DNA from: an uncultured Nitrososphaerales archaeon
GTDB taxonomy: Archaea; Thermoproteota; Nitrososphaeria; Nitrososphaerales; Nitrososphaeraceae
NCBI GenBank assembly: GCA_963695855.1
Contig: CAVOHZ010000008.1
Location: forward strand, 352,001 to 416,000
Direction of reading: 5' to 3'
DNA length: 64,000 bases
The translations under genes were made by a program, and so were the position numbers. Below are positions 10,684 through 22,399 of this stretch, in pieces. Position 1 is the stretch's first letter, and each line of letters starts with the position of its first letter. A model generated the notes under the pieces. It was not told where the DNA came from. It did not search any database and was given only the letters and a program-made list of their open reading frames with translations.

Positions 10684-11856
10684 TTGAGGCTGGGTCATAA
10701 TTATTCCATTTTCATAACGAACAAAGCTAGTTTATTGGTGTATGATGTTTTGGTGAAAAACCATCTAAACCAACAAACTAGCACAGCAGAAGAGATCAAC
10801 ATCTATTCTAATTAGTATTTTGTATTTGATTGGCTTGATTCATTGGCCACATAATAATAGATGGGGAGGAGGACGTGGGAGACCATATGTCTATTCTCCT
10901 ACTGTTATTTTGAGATGCTTTATAGTGCGTATATGGTTCAGATTAGATTCTAATAGAGCATTGTATGAATACCTTGCTATGGAGATGCCATATACAACAA
11001 AAAGATAACGAAAGTATGTGGATTGTCAAGAGTACCTAGTAGAAGAACATTTGATAGGCGTCTTGTAACAATATCTAAAGATATTAAAAACAGAATAACT
11101 ACAATGGGCAAACTTTTTGTACGTGATAAAATAGTTGATCCGCATATTCTTTCAACAGACAGTACACTTATCAAGACTAAAGGCTATGTCTGGCATAAAT
11201 CATCTATGACTGAAGGAGTAGTACCACGTTCTGGTATTGATACAGATGCAATGTAGGGATTCAGTCATACAAAGGGTTGGATATTTGGATACAAATTACA
11301 TTTGATATCCAGTACTGGTTCTATAATTGTACCTTCGGCAGCAGATTTTACAACTGCTAACATACCTGACAATCAAATGTACAGTATATTGACAGCAAGT
11401 CTACCTGTTACAATAATTAAAAGAACATTATTCATGTCTGCAGATCCTGGATACGATGATCATGAATTATATGATCTCAGTACAGATATGGGATTTAGAT
11501 TGGTATTTCCAGTAAAGAGATATAAAAATACACATGCTGACAGGATAAAACTGATAGAATTTTATGAATCTAATGTTGGACAGGCTATCTATTCCTTAAG
11601 AAGTATATCAATTGAACTATTGATAGGTCATATCAAATCGTTGTTCAGGATAGATCCATTACCTGTCAGGGGATATGTCAAGAGTTGTGCATCAGTATTA
11701 TTGTCAGTACTGTTATACCAGATACTTGTCTATTATAACCATAAGATCAATAAAGATAATCCTATGGCAATCAAATACATACTAGGAACATAACTATTGA
11801 CTATATACTATTGTTAACATTACCATATTTATTATATGAATTATGACCAGTCTCAA
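10684..11856 (+). mobile_element. DDE insertion sequence (DDE_Tnp_1 type, IS982/ISNCY-like), transposase inactivated
   Basis: Imperfect IRs TTGAGGCTGGGTCATAATT and AATTATGACCAGTCTCAA, flanked by CTAA on both sides. Motifs TDST, GWIFGYKLH and ADPGYDD. Frameshift near 10995 and TAG at 11254. Family assignment uncertain. Confidence 0.85.
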
Positions 11857-12099
11857 CTAATTAACTGATAAGTTAGATGAGGAAATTAAATAAAAATATA
11901 AAATAATATGATATTACAGACTTAGGTAAATAGGTTAATAAATATAGTCAGACCGAATATTTTATTTTTCTTTGACGCAGAAGTTTTTGATTTTCTTAGG
12001 TAAGTATCATCATGTACAATATCAAGTATATTGCAAGAACAGGAATGAAAATCATATGATCATAAAATAAACGAATTTAAGTACAATTGATAACTGAAT

Positions 12100-12753
12100 C
12101 TATTTCTTACATTTATATACAGATTGTTCCAACATTTTAGGTTCCTTTTCATTATTTATAAATTTCCACTTGTTGGCATTTTTTACAGCATCTATCTCAC
12201 ATTTTGAAATTTCTGTAACCACTTCATCTATGCTGGGAGACATTAAACTGTTGGGAAATTGCGAATGACCTAATCCAAGAGCATGACCTATTTCATGTTT
12301 AGTAATATGTAACATAATGTTTTCATCTAATTCTTCTCCATGAGATGTTTTTGAAATTGATATTTCTACATGATCTATAAACCCTTTGTTATCAAAATAT
12401 GTAACTGTTTTACCAACTTTTTTTCCTTTTCCTTTCTCGAAATCTATGGAAATATCTGGGATAAGCTCATCTTCTTTTACTTTTTCGAATTGGATATTAT
12501 CCAATTGTTTTTCCCAATCAGAAAATGCCAAGCCAACAATCTCTTCTAATGTTTTACCTGTTTTTTTTATTTCATATACCAATACTCCATCATTTAATTC
12601 TGACCCCCAACCACAACACAGATCTATCTTTTGCTTATTAGATTCTTTACCTTCGATTTCATTATAATTTAAAAAGTAAAATGAAATTATAACAAGAGAA
12701 GTAATTAAAATTAAGTTAAAAAATTTCGCATTCAATTTTGTTGAATAGCTCAC
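12100..12753 (-). CDS. Secreted matrixin (M10-like) zinc metalloprotease
   Basis: HEIGHALGLGH plus Met-turn SLMSP; N-terminal hydrophobic segment. Confidence 0.9.
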   Translation of the reverse strand: MSYSTKLNAKFFNLILITSLVIISFYFLNYNEIEGKESNKQKIDLCCGWGSELNDGVLVYEIKKTGKTLEEIVGLAFSDWEKQLDNIQFEKVKEDELIPDISIDFEKGKGKKVGKTVTYFDNKGFIDHVEISISKTSHGEELDENIMLHITKHEIGHALGLGHSQFPNSLMSPSIDEVVTEISKCEIDAVKNANKWKFINNEKEPKMLEQSVYKCKK

Positions 12754-13207
12754 TATATGGATATCCCATTTTTATTTTCAAAGGAATTAGGATTAGAACC
12801 ATCTATTATCATCCTGAATTTAAATTGAATAATTTGAATATATCCATAGGTAAGCTTTTGAAACCTTTTATAGATATTGGTAAATCTAATATAAATAATT
12901 GACTTAAAATTCGTATTATAGTTTATTTTATTCAAATATACTATTACCTTATATTGTAACTTATTTCTTATCATATATTTATTCTTTATAAAAACATTTT
13001 TCTTAACAATTTCATATAAAATAATTCTATAAATGGCTATTTAAGTAAATTAAATGATATCTAGGATAGATATTCTTTTACTGGGTATGAACTATTTATC
13101 GAAGTGGACCAATACTTTACTAATGAACATAGTTCTTGGGTCTAAAATTAATCATAAAAATCTTAATTATTAAATTATGAATTTTTGTTTTTATTTTTAT
13201 TTTAGTT

Positions 13208-14094
13208 ATGCATGTTTTAATTTTTGTGGATCTAAAAGGATCAATTCATGCTCAGAAATTCAAAGATGTTGAAATAATTGTAAATCAATTGAATAACGGT
13301 AATTTCAGGTTGATTGGCAAAGGAAGAAAATATAGGCTTATCGGTTGGTGATGATGGGGTACTATTGATTGATTCACAGTTTAAAGAATTAACTGACAAA
13401 ATTTTGTCTGCAATTGATAGCATAACAGATAAACCTACTAAATTATTCATTAACACTCGGTGGCATCAAGATCATACTGGTGGTAATGACTTATTTAGTA
13501 AAGAATGGATCCATGGTAATTGCTCATGTTAATGTTCTCAAACGGTTAGGTACAGAACAATTTGTGAATTTTTTATATAAATCCTATGGACCATCTCCGC
13601 TTTATTCATTATCTATTATTACGTACAATAACTGTCTTACTTTTCATGATAACGATCACAAAATCGATGTCTATCATATTCAAAACGCACATACTCATGG
13701 TCATTCTATTGTTCATTTTAATAAAAACAATATAAATCACACAGGAGATATTTATGGCAGTGGAAGATATTTTTTCATAGATCAGTCTAGTGGTGGTCCA
13801 ATAGATGGTATTATTCTTGGAATAGAGAAAATAATTTCGTTAACTAATGACGAAACGAAGATTATTCCTAGTCATGGATTATTATCAAACCGAGCTGAGC
13901 TACAAGGTTATATATTGATGTTAAAAGACATAAGAGAGCAAGTACGGAAAATGATAAATAATGGATCTAATAGATAAGAAATAATTGAAAGAAATATAAC
14001 AGATAAATATGATACCACGTATTCTGACAATTTTACTAATTCGAAAGACTTTTTAAGTTTAGTCTATAATGATTTAATACAGAAACAACCATAA
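13208..14094 (+). pseudogene. MBL-fold metallo-hydrolase (cyclase-like), disrupted
   Basis: NIGLSVGDDGVLLIDSQF, T(R)WHQDHTGGN, AHT.G, HTGD and IIPSHG are spread over several frames, with an in-frame TAA at 13975. Confidence 0.8.
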
Positions 14095-14639
14095 TTTTTA
14101 TATTTGTGATTTTCTCTATCTTATTTTTTATAATAGATAAAAAAACACTATTAAAGACCTTTTAATGTACAATTTCTTATTATGATAACAATGAAGATAG
14201 AGCATTATTGGTTAACAGTTTTTATAAATTTTCTATTTCTTTTATTTCTACCATATAAAATCAGAAAAATTTAGATCATCTATTATTATTTGATTATTAA
14301 TATTAATTTTCTTATCTTAATTATCAATTATTATTAAATGTATACAATATTGACAATCTTATTCATTTAAAAAAAATTAATGGCTATGATTTGGATGTCT
14401 GTGAATATATTCTCTGGATAATAAAACAATAACTGTTATCAATAATGAAACAGGTATATTAATTAATAAAGAAATACTCTAAACAATTATGAGATATTCA
14501 ATATCCTTATTTTTCAGAAGATAATGAGTATATACGAAGATATCTGATTCTAAATTATTGTCATTTTTCACTAAAGAAAGTTTCTGTATATTTTGTTAAA
14601 AATTTTATATAATCATTTTAGTCATTTTTTAAAGAAAGA

Positions 14640-15941
14640 TTGCATTGTGATGATTCCAATATAGAGAAAAAGAAGATTCCCGTACTAAATAAATTTCTTC
14701 ATTCTCTTCTGACTAATCCTTCATCATTAGTTAGAAATAGTATTTTACTGTTTCCTAGTGCACTAGGAATAGAGATTATTTGTATACTATCATCAATTAC
14801 AGGTGAGAGTATTGGCTTTTACTTGTTTGGTTTCAATGTTGTTGGAATTATATGTGCTTATTCTCTTGGATTCATGACTGCAGGATTTACTATTTCTATG
14901 ATAATATTGGGTAGATATAGAGAATATCAAAGTCTTGCCTTAGGATGTCATGATAATCATCAATTTCAACTTGGTTTTAAGTCTAATTTTATAACTACTT
15001 TTAGGCATTTTAAAAAGGGATGGTTTAATCTAACAATAATATTCCATAACCCTAATAAGAACCAATTACTAAAAAAAATATTATATTTAGTTTTAACTGC
15101 GGAAAGTATTTGTGTAATTACTGCTCAAACTATTGATTTCTTATTATATAATTACTCGGTATTTCTTTCATTTCCACTGGCATTAATAACAGGAAGTTTG
15201 GTTATTTCTATTCAACAAGCCGAAGAAATAAAGAAACTAAACAAAATTCATATTTCATGTAAAAATAAATATAAAGCAACTAATAAAAAGACAAGATTCC
15301 ACTTTAAAGTTGTACCTATAGCTTTATCTATCAATGCTCTTCTGATAATATTATTTGTTATTAGTGGCGGATATAATCACTATGACCTCACTACGAACTC
15401 TAATTATCATACTCATTTAATAAATTCTAAAAATGAGACATTTTTTTCTGCACCAGATGTAGCCGTAGTAGAAACGGATGAGCAAGGGGTAGGTATTAAC
15501 CTAGACTATCTATCCATAGTAAAGCCGGATAGTAATCTAATAAATCAGTTACTTAATATTCCATCATCCAGACATATAATAAGTTCCAATATTAATAATA
15601 TCAATCATCCTGAAGGAAATATTAGATTCAATAATAATCAATATATTCATCTTGATTTTTCTGAATGTCATAATCTAGGATGTAGACCTCCAGAAAAAAT
15701 TATAGATGTATACACGACACATAACAATATTTCTGACAAAAAAATCCTTGAGAATAAAGTTTTAAAGGATGAAAAAATAATGTTTGTTAATTCTTCAGAA
15801 TTCTCATTTGAGCCTCACCTATCAGAGTATACTATTGAGAATAATCATCATAAGCTATTCAATAAATTGGTCATTCATACCAAGCAAAAGGAAAAAATTG
15901 AAGCATTTTACATTCATGAGGTTAACTTACCTGATAATTAA
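14640..15941 (+). CDS. Hypothetical membrane protein (multi-TM N-terminal half, His/Asn-rich soluble C-terminal half)
   Basis: 433-aa ORF with hydrophobic helices; no family recognised. Confidence 0.65.
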   Translation: MHCDDSNIEKKKIPVLNKFLHSLLTNPSSLVRNSILLFPSALGIEIICILSSITGESIGFYLFGFNVVGIICAYSLGFMTAGFTISMIILGRYREYQSLALGCHDNHQFQLGFKSNFITTFRHFKKGWFNLTIIFHNPNKNQLLKKILYLVLTAESICVITAQTIDFLLYNYSVFLSFPLALITGSLVISIQQAEEIKKLNKIHISCKNKYKATNKKTRFHFKVVPIALSINALLIILFVISGGYNHYDLTTNSNYHTHLINSKNETFFSAPDVAVVETDEQGVGINLDYLSIVKPDSNLINQLLNIPSSRHIISSNINNINHPEGNIRFNNNQYIHLDFSECHNLGCRPPEKIIDVYTTHNNISDKKILENKVLKDEKIMFVNSSEFSFEPHLSEYTIENNHHKLFNKLVIHTKQKEKIEAFYIHEVNLPDN

Positions 15942-16035
15942 TGGTGAGGTATCTTATTCTTTCTCTACTTAAATTATTAAGGTTTTGTTAAATAATCTTA
16001 ATTGTTATTAATAAACACTTAAATATATAATAACT

Positions 16036-17025
16036 TTGATTAAAAGTATGAAAATACTCTTATTTCTAGCTGCTCTTTTTATATCTGTAAATTTATCAGA
16101 AATAAACGCCCAACAAAATGAAAATAATGATCAAATACAAATACAAATTCACAATCCAGAAAAGGTGAAAGTAGTTACATCATTTTATCCCTTTTATGAA
16201 ATTGCTAAAGAAATAGGTGGGAATAATACTATAGTAACATCAGTCATACCTTTTGGTGCTGAACCCCATGATTGGGAAATAACTCCCCAACAGATACCTG
16301 AAATTATGAAAGCTGACATGATTATATACAATGGAATTGGTTTTGATAAATGGTTTGGTCAGAAAGAACAATTTAGAAATTCACTACTTGTTGACGTTAG
16401 CAAAGATTTACAACTAATCAAAATAGGTAATAACCAAGAATCAAAAAATATAGGGCAAGATGAAAAAGAGCATGAGGAACATAAATTTACATATGATCCT
16501 CATATTTGGTTAGATCCTGTTTTGGTAAAAAATATTTCTAAAACCATTAGTAATGTACTTGTTAAATTAGATCCAACCAATACAGATCATTATAGAGAAA
16601 ATACTAAAAATTTCATTGAAAAACTTGATACATTAGACTCTTTAATAAAAAAGTCTCTTGCAAACTGTGAACTAAACGATTTCATAACATTTCATCAAGC
16701 ATTTCATTATTTTGCAAATCGATATGGTTTAACTCAACATACTGTATCTCAAGGAATATCGCCAGAAAGTGAGATACTTCCTCAACAAATCACTAAAATT
16801 ATTCAATTGGCAAAAGATCTCAATATTGATACTATTTATTCAGAAGAATTAGTAGATCCAAGGTTATCTCAAATCCTTGCATCGGAAATTCCAAATGGAA
16901 AGGTCTTATTATTATCGCCTATTGAAGGAATAACTCAAGAAGAACAGCAGAGCAAAAATGCAGGATACATTGGCAAGATGCATATGAATTTGGAAAATCT
17001 AAGGCAAGGCTTGAAATGTAATTAG
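16036..17025 (+). CDS. Zn/Mn ABC transporter substrate-binding protein (ZnuA/AdcA family)
   Basis: VVTSFYP, EPHDWE, DPHIWLDP and FHQAFHYFA motifs; signal peptide. Confidence 0.92.
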   Translation: MIKSMKILLFLAALFISVNLSEINAQQNENNDQIQIQIHNPEKVKVVTSFYPFYEIAKEIGGNNTIVTSVIPFGAEPHDWEITPQQIPEIMKADMIIYNGIGFDKWFGQKEQFRNSLLVDVSKDLQLIKIGNNQESKNIGQDEKEHEEHKFTYDPHIWLDPVLVKNISKTISNVLVKLDPTNTDHYRENTKNFIEKLDTLDSLIKKSLANCELNDFITFHQAFHYFANRYGLTQHTVSQGISPESEILPQQITKIIQLAKDLNIDTIYSEELVDPRLSQILASEIPNGKVLLLSPIEGITQEEQQSKNAGYIGKMHMNLENLRQGLKCN

Positions 17026-17041
17026 TATTATCCATTCAATA

Positions 17042-18178
17042 TTACTTTAAATATTGAATTAATCTGTCTAGTTCTAAAATTGTAGCAAGTATCATCTTTG
17101 TTATTGAAGTTAAATATTTTATATTCAAGGTATCTGGTGTATCAGAAGATTTATCATAATGTGGATTTTTTTTTACTCCTCCATCATGTATCCCTAGAAC
17201 TGTATGATTAAATGCTTCGAAAGATATAAAATCACTATTTTCAAGTTTAGCTAATTCTGCTTCTAAATTTGTATAATTAGAAGCTATTTGCTTTATCAAC
17301 AAGGCTATTGTTTTTGAATATTTGTCATTTTGCAAATATTTATTGCCAATATCATATTCTAAAATAACTTTATTTGTTTCATTAGAAGGTGTATAACCGA
17401 TCATATCAAAGTTAATGTAGAGATCTACAGTCTTGGTTCTATTATTATCATCTAAATACTTTACATAATTCTTTGATCCCCATAGACCTTGTTCTTCTCC
17501 TGAAAATAATACAAATTCAAGATTATATTTTAAATTTAAATGAGATAGAATTCGTGATAGTTCTAGTATTGCCGAAACTCCACTTGCATTATCATCAGCT
17601 CCTGGTGCTCTAGCATGCGTATTGTTGATATTTTTTGCTCTACTATCATAATGTGCTCCAATTATGATAGTATTATTATATAGAGGAGAAGATGCTAAAC
17701 CTTGTTTACTACTACAAATAATATTTTTTAAATTAAAAGTTTGATTTTGATCACTTTGAGTATAATTGTGAAAAAATACTCTTCCTTCGCACAAGTTTTG
17801 AAGTTCATTTTTAAGCCAATATGCGACATTCTCAATATAATCTGATTTACTGTGTCTAGTATGAAAAGATGATAAAATATCTATCCATTCTTTGAGTTTA
17901 GTTGAATTAACCTTATCTAATATTAAATCTGTTTGTATTTTAGTATTCTTTCTATTTTTATCTATAAATGTTATATCATCAAGACATGCGAACAAAGAAA
18001 TTCTGCATAATAAGGTAAAATTATAATTGTTATTATCATTATTGTCTCTTGTTTCAGTTATATTTTCAGAATTTATGATAAGAGTATTTGATAAGATAGA
18101 AACAGATAAAACAATAATTATTGATATCGATAACCATAATCCATCCATTTTTGATATGACAATTATAATCTTATTCAT
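17042..18178 (-). CDS. Secreted M28 family peptidase
   Basis: IGAHYDS, PGADDNASG, FSGEEQGLWGS, INFDMIG and SDF motifs. Confidence 0.92.
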   Translation of the reverse strand: MNKIIIVISKMDGLWLSISIIIVLSVSILSNTLIINSENITETRDNNDNNNYNFTLLCRISLFACLDDITFIDKNRKNTKIQTDLILDKVNSTKLKEWIDILSSFHTRHSKSDYIENVAYWLKNELQNLCEGRVFFHNYTQSDQNQTFNLKNIICSSKQGLASSPLYNNTIIIGAHYDSRAKNINNTHARAPGADDNASGVSAILELSRILSHLNLKYNLEFVLFSGEEQGLWGSKNYVKYLDDNNRTKTVDLYINFDMIGYTPSNETNKVILEYDIGNKYLQNDKYSKTIALLIKQIASNYTNLEAELAKLENSDFISFEAFNHTVLGIHDGGVKKNPHYDKSSDTPDTLNIKYLTSITKMILATILELDRLIQYLK

Positions 18179-18374
18179 GATACTCTTATAAACAATTTAT
18201 TGATTTAAAACAGTAAATACTCAGATTTTATGCCGAATACTGACTACAAAGAATTCTTTATTCTGTTTTTGGTGGTACCAAGTAATTTGAAACTGGTGAT
18301 CCATGATGATGAATTATTAACCATTTTTTTTTTGTTATCATATTCAAAAATGTTCGTTGCAACTACTACATGCT

Positions 18375-19379
18375 GTTCTGAATCTGGATATGTCTCCTAT
18401 CTCAGAACTAATGAGCATTGCAGAAAAATAGTCTATTCCTGTCATACTCATTAGTATCTTTACGTTTTCATTTTGAGATGCCTCAGTGGATATCTGTTTT
18501 TCAATCTGTTTGATTTCAGAATTTAGAAATTCAATACTGTGAATGTAGTTTACAAGTTGAATCTGGTCATTACCTTTTAATTCGATATTCTTTAGTCATT
18601 GTATACCTTTTAAACCGAATATATGTCCATAATTACATGTTAGATCATATTTATCAAGTAAGGAATGTACTCTATTCATAACTCTGGTTCTATCAGATAC
18701 TAGGTTTATTCTCAGTCGTAGTAGAGATCTATCTTCTCTTACCTTATCTGGAGCAATATATGATTCTGCAATCAAGTTAGATCGTAGTAGATGTGCTAAT
18801 GTTCGTGCATCGAGTTTATCTGTCTTTATCCTTGCTTCTGCTATTGCCTTGGTCTTCATTGGATTTGCCAACTTAACATCTATTCCATGTTTCTCAAATG
18901 CCTCGTATGTCTTGAGCCACATGTTGGCTGTTGATTCGCAAACAGCCTGACATTTTCTGTTAATATACTTTTTACCCAAATTAGAAGCAAATCTTTTTGC
19001 TTCTTCTAGTGTATTTTCATATTTTGTTTCCTCTATTATGGAACCATCTTTATCTGTAATACATACGACGCAATTTCTCTTTCCAATATCTACTGCAATA
19101 TAGTAATCATCATCATTACTATTTTTTGATTCTATTATTTTTTCTATTTTTATTCTCTTTCTCACCTCCTTTTTTTATTATGACACTATTATCAGTATAC
19201 CAACTAACCAGCAAAGCTGCAAACATCTATCAGAGCTCTTTTGATGGCTCATTTATACAGCAGCTAACATACATCCCCATTCAACAAGCAAGATCTTATC
19301 ACAGAAAGATAGATCACGCACAACAAGGGGTTAGTCAGTTGGATAAGAGAATAGATAACAAGAAAACACTTTTACATGT
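18375..19379 (-). mobile_element. IS110-family element B, 3'-truncated; recombinase pseudogene
   Basis: IAVDIGK, CEST and KTDKLDA (DEDD RuvC-like). In-frame TGA at 18596-18598 is followed by ...KILMSMTGIDYFSAMLISSEIGDISRF, then homology breaks off near 18375. Confidence 0.88.
19200..19342 (-). ncRNA. Putative bridge RNA of IS110 element B
   Basis: Outer stem CCAACTGAC/GTTAGTTGG. Two stem-enclosed internal loops (CCCC..GGGG and AGCTGC..GCAGCT). Loop segment 19279-19288 equals the element flank at 19380-19389. Confidence 0.7.
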
Positions 19380-19390
19380 ATTCAACAAGG

Positions 19391-20408
19391 TGCTCTGTTG
19401 CGTAACTCGTCTAGATAATCATCTATTTTTTGTTACTAAGGTAAATTATGTAACACTTATACTTTGAAACCAGTTATACAAAGACGCTTTCAGTATTATC
19501 TCCTTTATCATGTTCTCAAATCTTATAGCAGTAACATATTCTCCAAACATTCTCTTGATACAGGAAAAGACTGTTTCTACTATCCATCTCTGTCCATAGT
19601 CTACACTATCCTTCCATTGTTGTAGATTGGTTTTCTGTGATTGTACGTTCTTGTTTCTCAAATAATGGTTTGTCTTTCTATACTTGGCATTCTTTCTTAC
19701 CTTAATTGCTGGTTGAATTCCTTTAAATGATAGAAATTGAAAATTCTTGTTACTGTCATAGGCACCATCCATAATGGCAGTTTCAACTACTTTGTTCTGT
19801 TTTATAGTTATATCACCCACTAATTTAGGTAATACTTTTCCATCATGTACTTCTTCACTGGTTACCTGCAGTGATAAGATTCTCTTGTTTTTTATGTCAA
19901 CTGCTACATGTATCTTTAGATAACCTCTCTTCACATTCCATTTATGTCTAATCCATTCTCCTCTGTTTGTAACTTTAACACCAGTAGAATCAATTACAAT
20001 TACAAAATTATTATCATGTTGTAAAATGGATTTATCCTGATCATCATCATCTATTTTGATATCTAATCTGTTTATTCTTCTGCAAATCCCGCTATAATCT
20101 GGAATTGATGGTAACGTATTTGCAGCATGAGCTCGTACAATACCCTCAGTTTGTCTGTATGGTAAATGAAAATATGCTCTCACATATCCAAGTAGTTTGA
20201 TGAATGAATCTGGATATACAAATTTTCTACCTTCCTTGTCCTTATTCATCTTCTCTAGTTCAGAATCCCAGTTATCTATAACATCAAAATCAAGTAATAC
20301 CTCACCACGTTTAACAAGAGATTCATTGTACCTCTTCCAGTTCACATGTATTATGACTAGAATAGGTTAGCTAAATGTGTTAGGAATAGCGAGTTATGCA
20401 ACAAAGCA
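19391..20408 (-). mobile_element. IS5-family (IS903-like) element, apparently intact
   Basis: IRs TGCTCTGTTGCGTAACTC and GAGTTATGCAACAAAGCA; 8-bp direct repeat CAACAAGG at 19383-19390 and 20409-20416. Confidence 0.92.
19446..20345 (-). CDS. IS5-family (IS903-like) transposase
   Basis: NWKRYNESLVKRG, IDSTG, YLKIHVAVD, DGAYDS and RWIVETVFSCIKRMFG motifs. Confidence 0.93.
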   Translation of the reverse strand: MNWKRYNESLVKRGEVLLDFDVIDNWDSELEKMNKDKEGRKFVYPDSFIKLLGYVRAYFHLPYRQTEGIVRAHAANTLPSIPDYSGICRRINRLDIKIDDDDQDKSILQHDNNFVIVIDSTGVKVTNRGEWIRHKWNVKRGYLKIHVAVDIKNKRILSLQVTSEEVHDGKVLPKLVGDITIKQNKVVETAIMDGAYDSNKNFQFLSFKGIQPAIKVRKNAKYRKTNHYLRNKNVQSQKTNLQQWKDSVDYGQRWIVETVFSCIKRMFGEYVTAIRFENMIKEIILKASLYNWFQSISVT

Positions 20409-20688
20409 CAACAAGGCACAACAAGGCACAACACAGCATAAAATGATATTGATATTTATTTCAAAAAATTTGTAAAAATATACTGAATTTGATTTATTTT
20501 TACATTATACGTTTTACAAGAATGTTGCCTCATAAACTTTTTATCATTTTTCATATGATAAGACAATTTCCACATGACCAGAGATCTGTTCCTTCAATTC
20601 TATAATGTTGAATTAATAATTCGAGGATCTTAAATCCCTCTGGAAAAGTCATACACAGAAATTGAAGGATTTTTAAATTCTATATTAA

Positions 20689-21627
20689 GAGCCTATCCCA
20701 AAATTAACCTCCTATGAACAATTATGCTATTAGCTATTAGCCAATTGTACGAGACAGAGATAGTTCTCATCCTTCTTTTCATATCTTGTAAATAATTTCA
20801 TCATGAATCGATTATGCCAAGAATTTGTTCTCTCTACCACCCATCTTCTTGCAGGATGTCTCTTGTTGAGTTTCTTTTCTTCTCTTCTGTGTCGTATATG
20901 TGGAATATATCCTCTTTTGGTAATTTCTTGTTCTACTTCCTTGGAATGATATGCTTTGCTTTGTCAAGACATAGATTCTGCTTTTTCTTATTCTTCTTCT
21001 TGTTTCTATATTTTGCTATTGATGATGAAGGTGGTGGTCTTTTGATAACAATATTATCAATTGTATTTGTTGCAACAGTAACATCATGAGTATATGCAGA
21101 TGTTATAACAGTTGAAAGGGGAATACCATCTTTATCTGTTAAAATATGTCTTTTACTACCTAATTTACTTCTATCTGTAGTAGGATTATGACCTGTCATC
21201 GCCCCCCTAAAGGCGATTTTATAGAGATGCTATCAAGTGACTGCCAGTTCCATCTGATTCCTCTTTTGTTTTCATATATTTTTAGCAATCTAAACCGTAG
21301 TCTCTCAAAAATACCTGACTGCCTCCATTCTTGAAATCTTCTATGACATGTAGAACCAGAACCATATTCTTTGGGTAACATTTTCCATTGACATCCAGTT
21401 CTCAAGACAAACAGGATACCATCAAATACTTCTCTGTAAGGAATAATGGGACGACCTATTGTATTCTATGGTTTTTCAAAAGGGAAAATATTTGTAATTT
21501 CATTCCAAAGATCATCTGGAATAAGTGTAATTGTTCCAACATACTTTCTACTCCTACACAAACAAACATGATCGGATACGATATAAAACCAAAGAGCTAT
21601 ATTCTTATCTATTTTTGGGATAGGCTC
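20689..21627 (-). mobile_element. IS5-family (IS1031/IS427-like, two-ORF) element, degenerate copy
   Basis: IR GAGCCTATCCCAAAA at both ends, TAA duplication. RTGCQWKMLP and LDKA motifs; 3' part frameshifted. Confidence 0.9.
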
Positions 21628-22072
21628 TAAAGTAAAGCAGGAAAGGGTGCGTATTTAATTAGATTATTATTTTCCCTGAGACAATATCTTACATCTTTTT
21701 CTAATGAGTCGATTCGATTTCCTACAAACTTCCTACTAAACTTTATAATCTCATTAGGGTCAGAAAAGAATTTCATGAATTTATACACTTCATAAATCCT
21801 TTTATAATAATAAAATTTATCCTAATACAGTTAATATAATAACATTGTTCTAATAAAAAAGGAAATAATTTAGTAAAAGCATTTAGTAAATATGAATTAA
21901 TATTTGATCATGTAACTTTCAAAATGAACTCTGCTTTGGTTGGATCGTTTTTGATTAATTTTCTCCAAATCTAAAAGGTTAGTAGATGAATAACAGGTCT
22001 TGACATTACCTTCATTAACAAATTAAATTAAATTAAATTATAATTTATTTCATTAATCAAACCCATTTACTC

Positions 22073-22399
22073 TTAGTATTTAGTCATGTCTTCAATCAAT
22101 TTTATATCTTTTTCATCTACACCTTCAAGGCATTTAAAATCCTCAACATCCAAACCTAATTCTTTTTTTAGGTTTTGTATTCTATTAGCATACTTGATTT
22201 CATTATCAAATTCACCTTTGTTAAGAGCAATAGAATAACCTACCCAGCATTTGTGTAGAGCGCCCCACGTTTGACTGTCGTAATATGATGAATTTAAAAT
22301 TTTATGATATCTACTACCTTCTCTATAATATCTACCAGGATTAAATCCATATTTATAAAGATATCCAGGATAATATCTTCTATATTTATGTGAACGCAT
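22073..22399 (-). CDS. Hypothetical protein (Tyr-rich, 108 aa)
   Basis: ATG ORF preceded by TATA-like TTATAAA; function unknown. Confidence 0.65.
   Translation of the reverse strand: MRSHKYRRYYPGYLYKYGFNPGRYYREGSRYHKILNSSYYDSQTWGALHKCWVGYSIALNKGEFDNEIKYANRIQNLKKELGLDVEDFKCLEGVDEKDIKLIEDMTKY

Noticed and set aside
19126-19467. 113-aa plus-strand ORF
   Set aside because: Antisense to the IS110-B non-coding end and crosses an IS junction.
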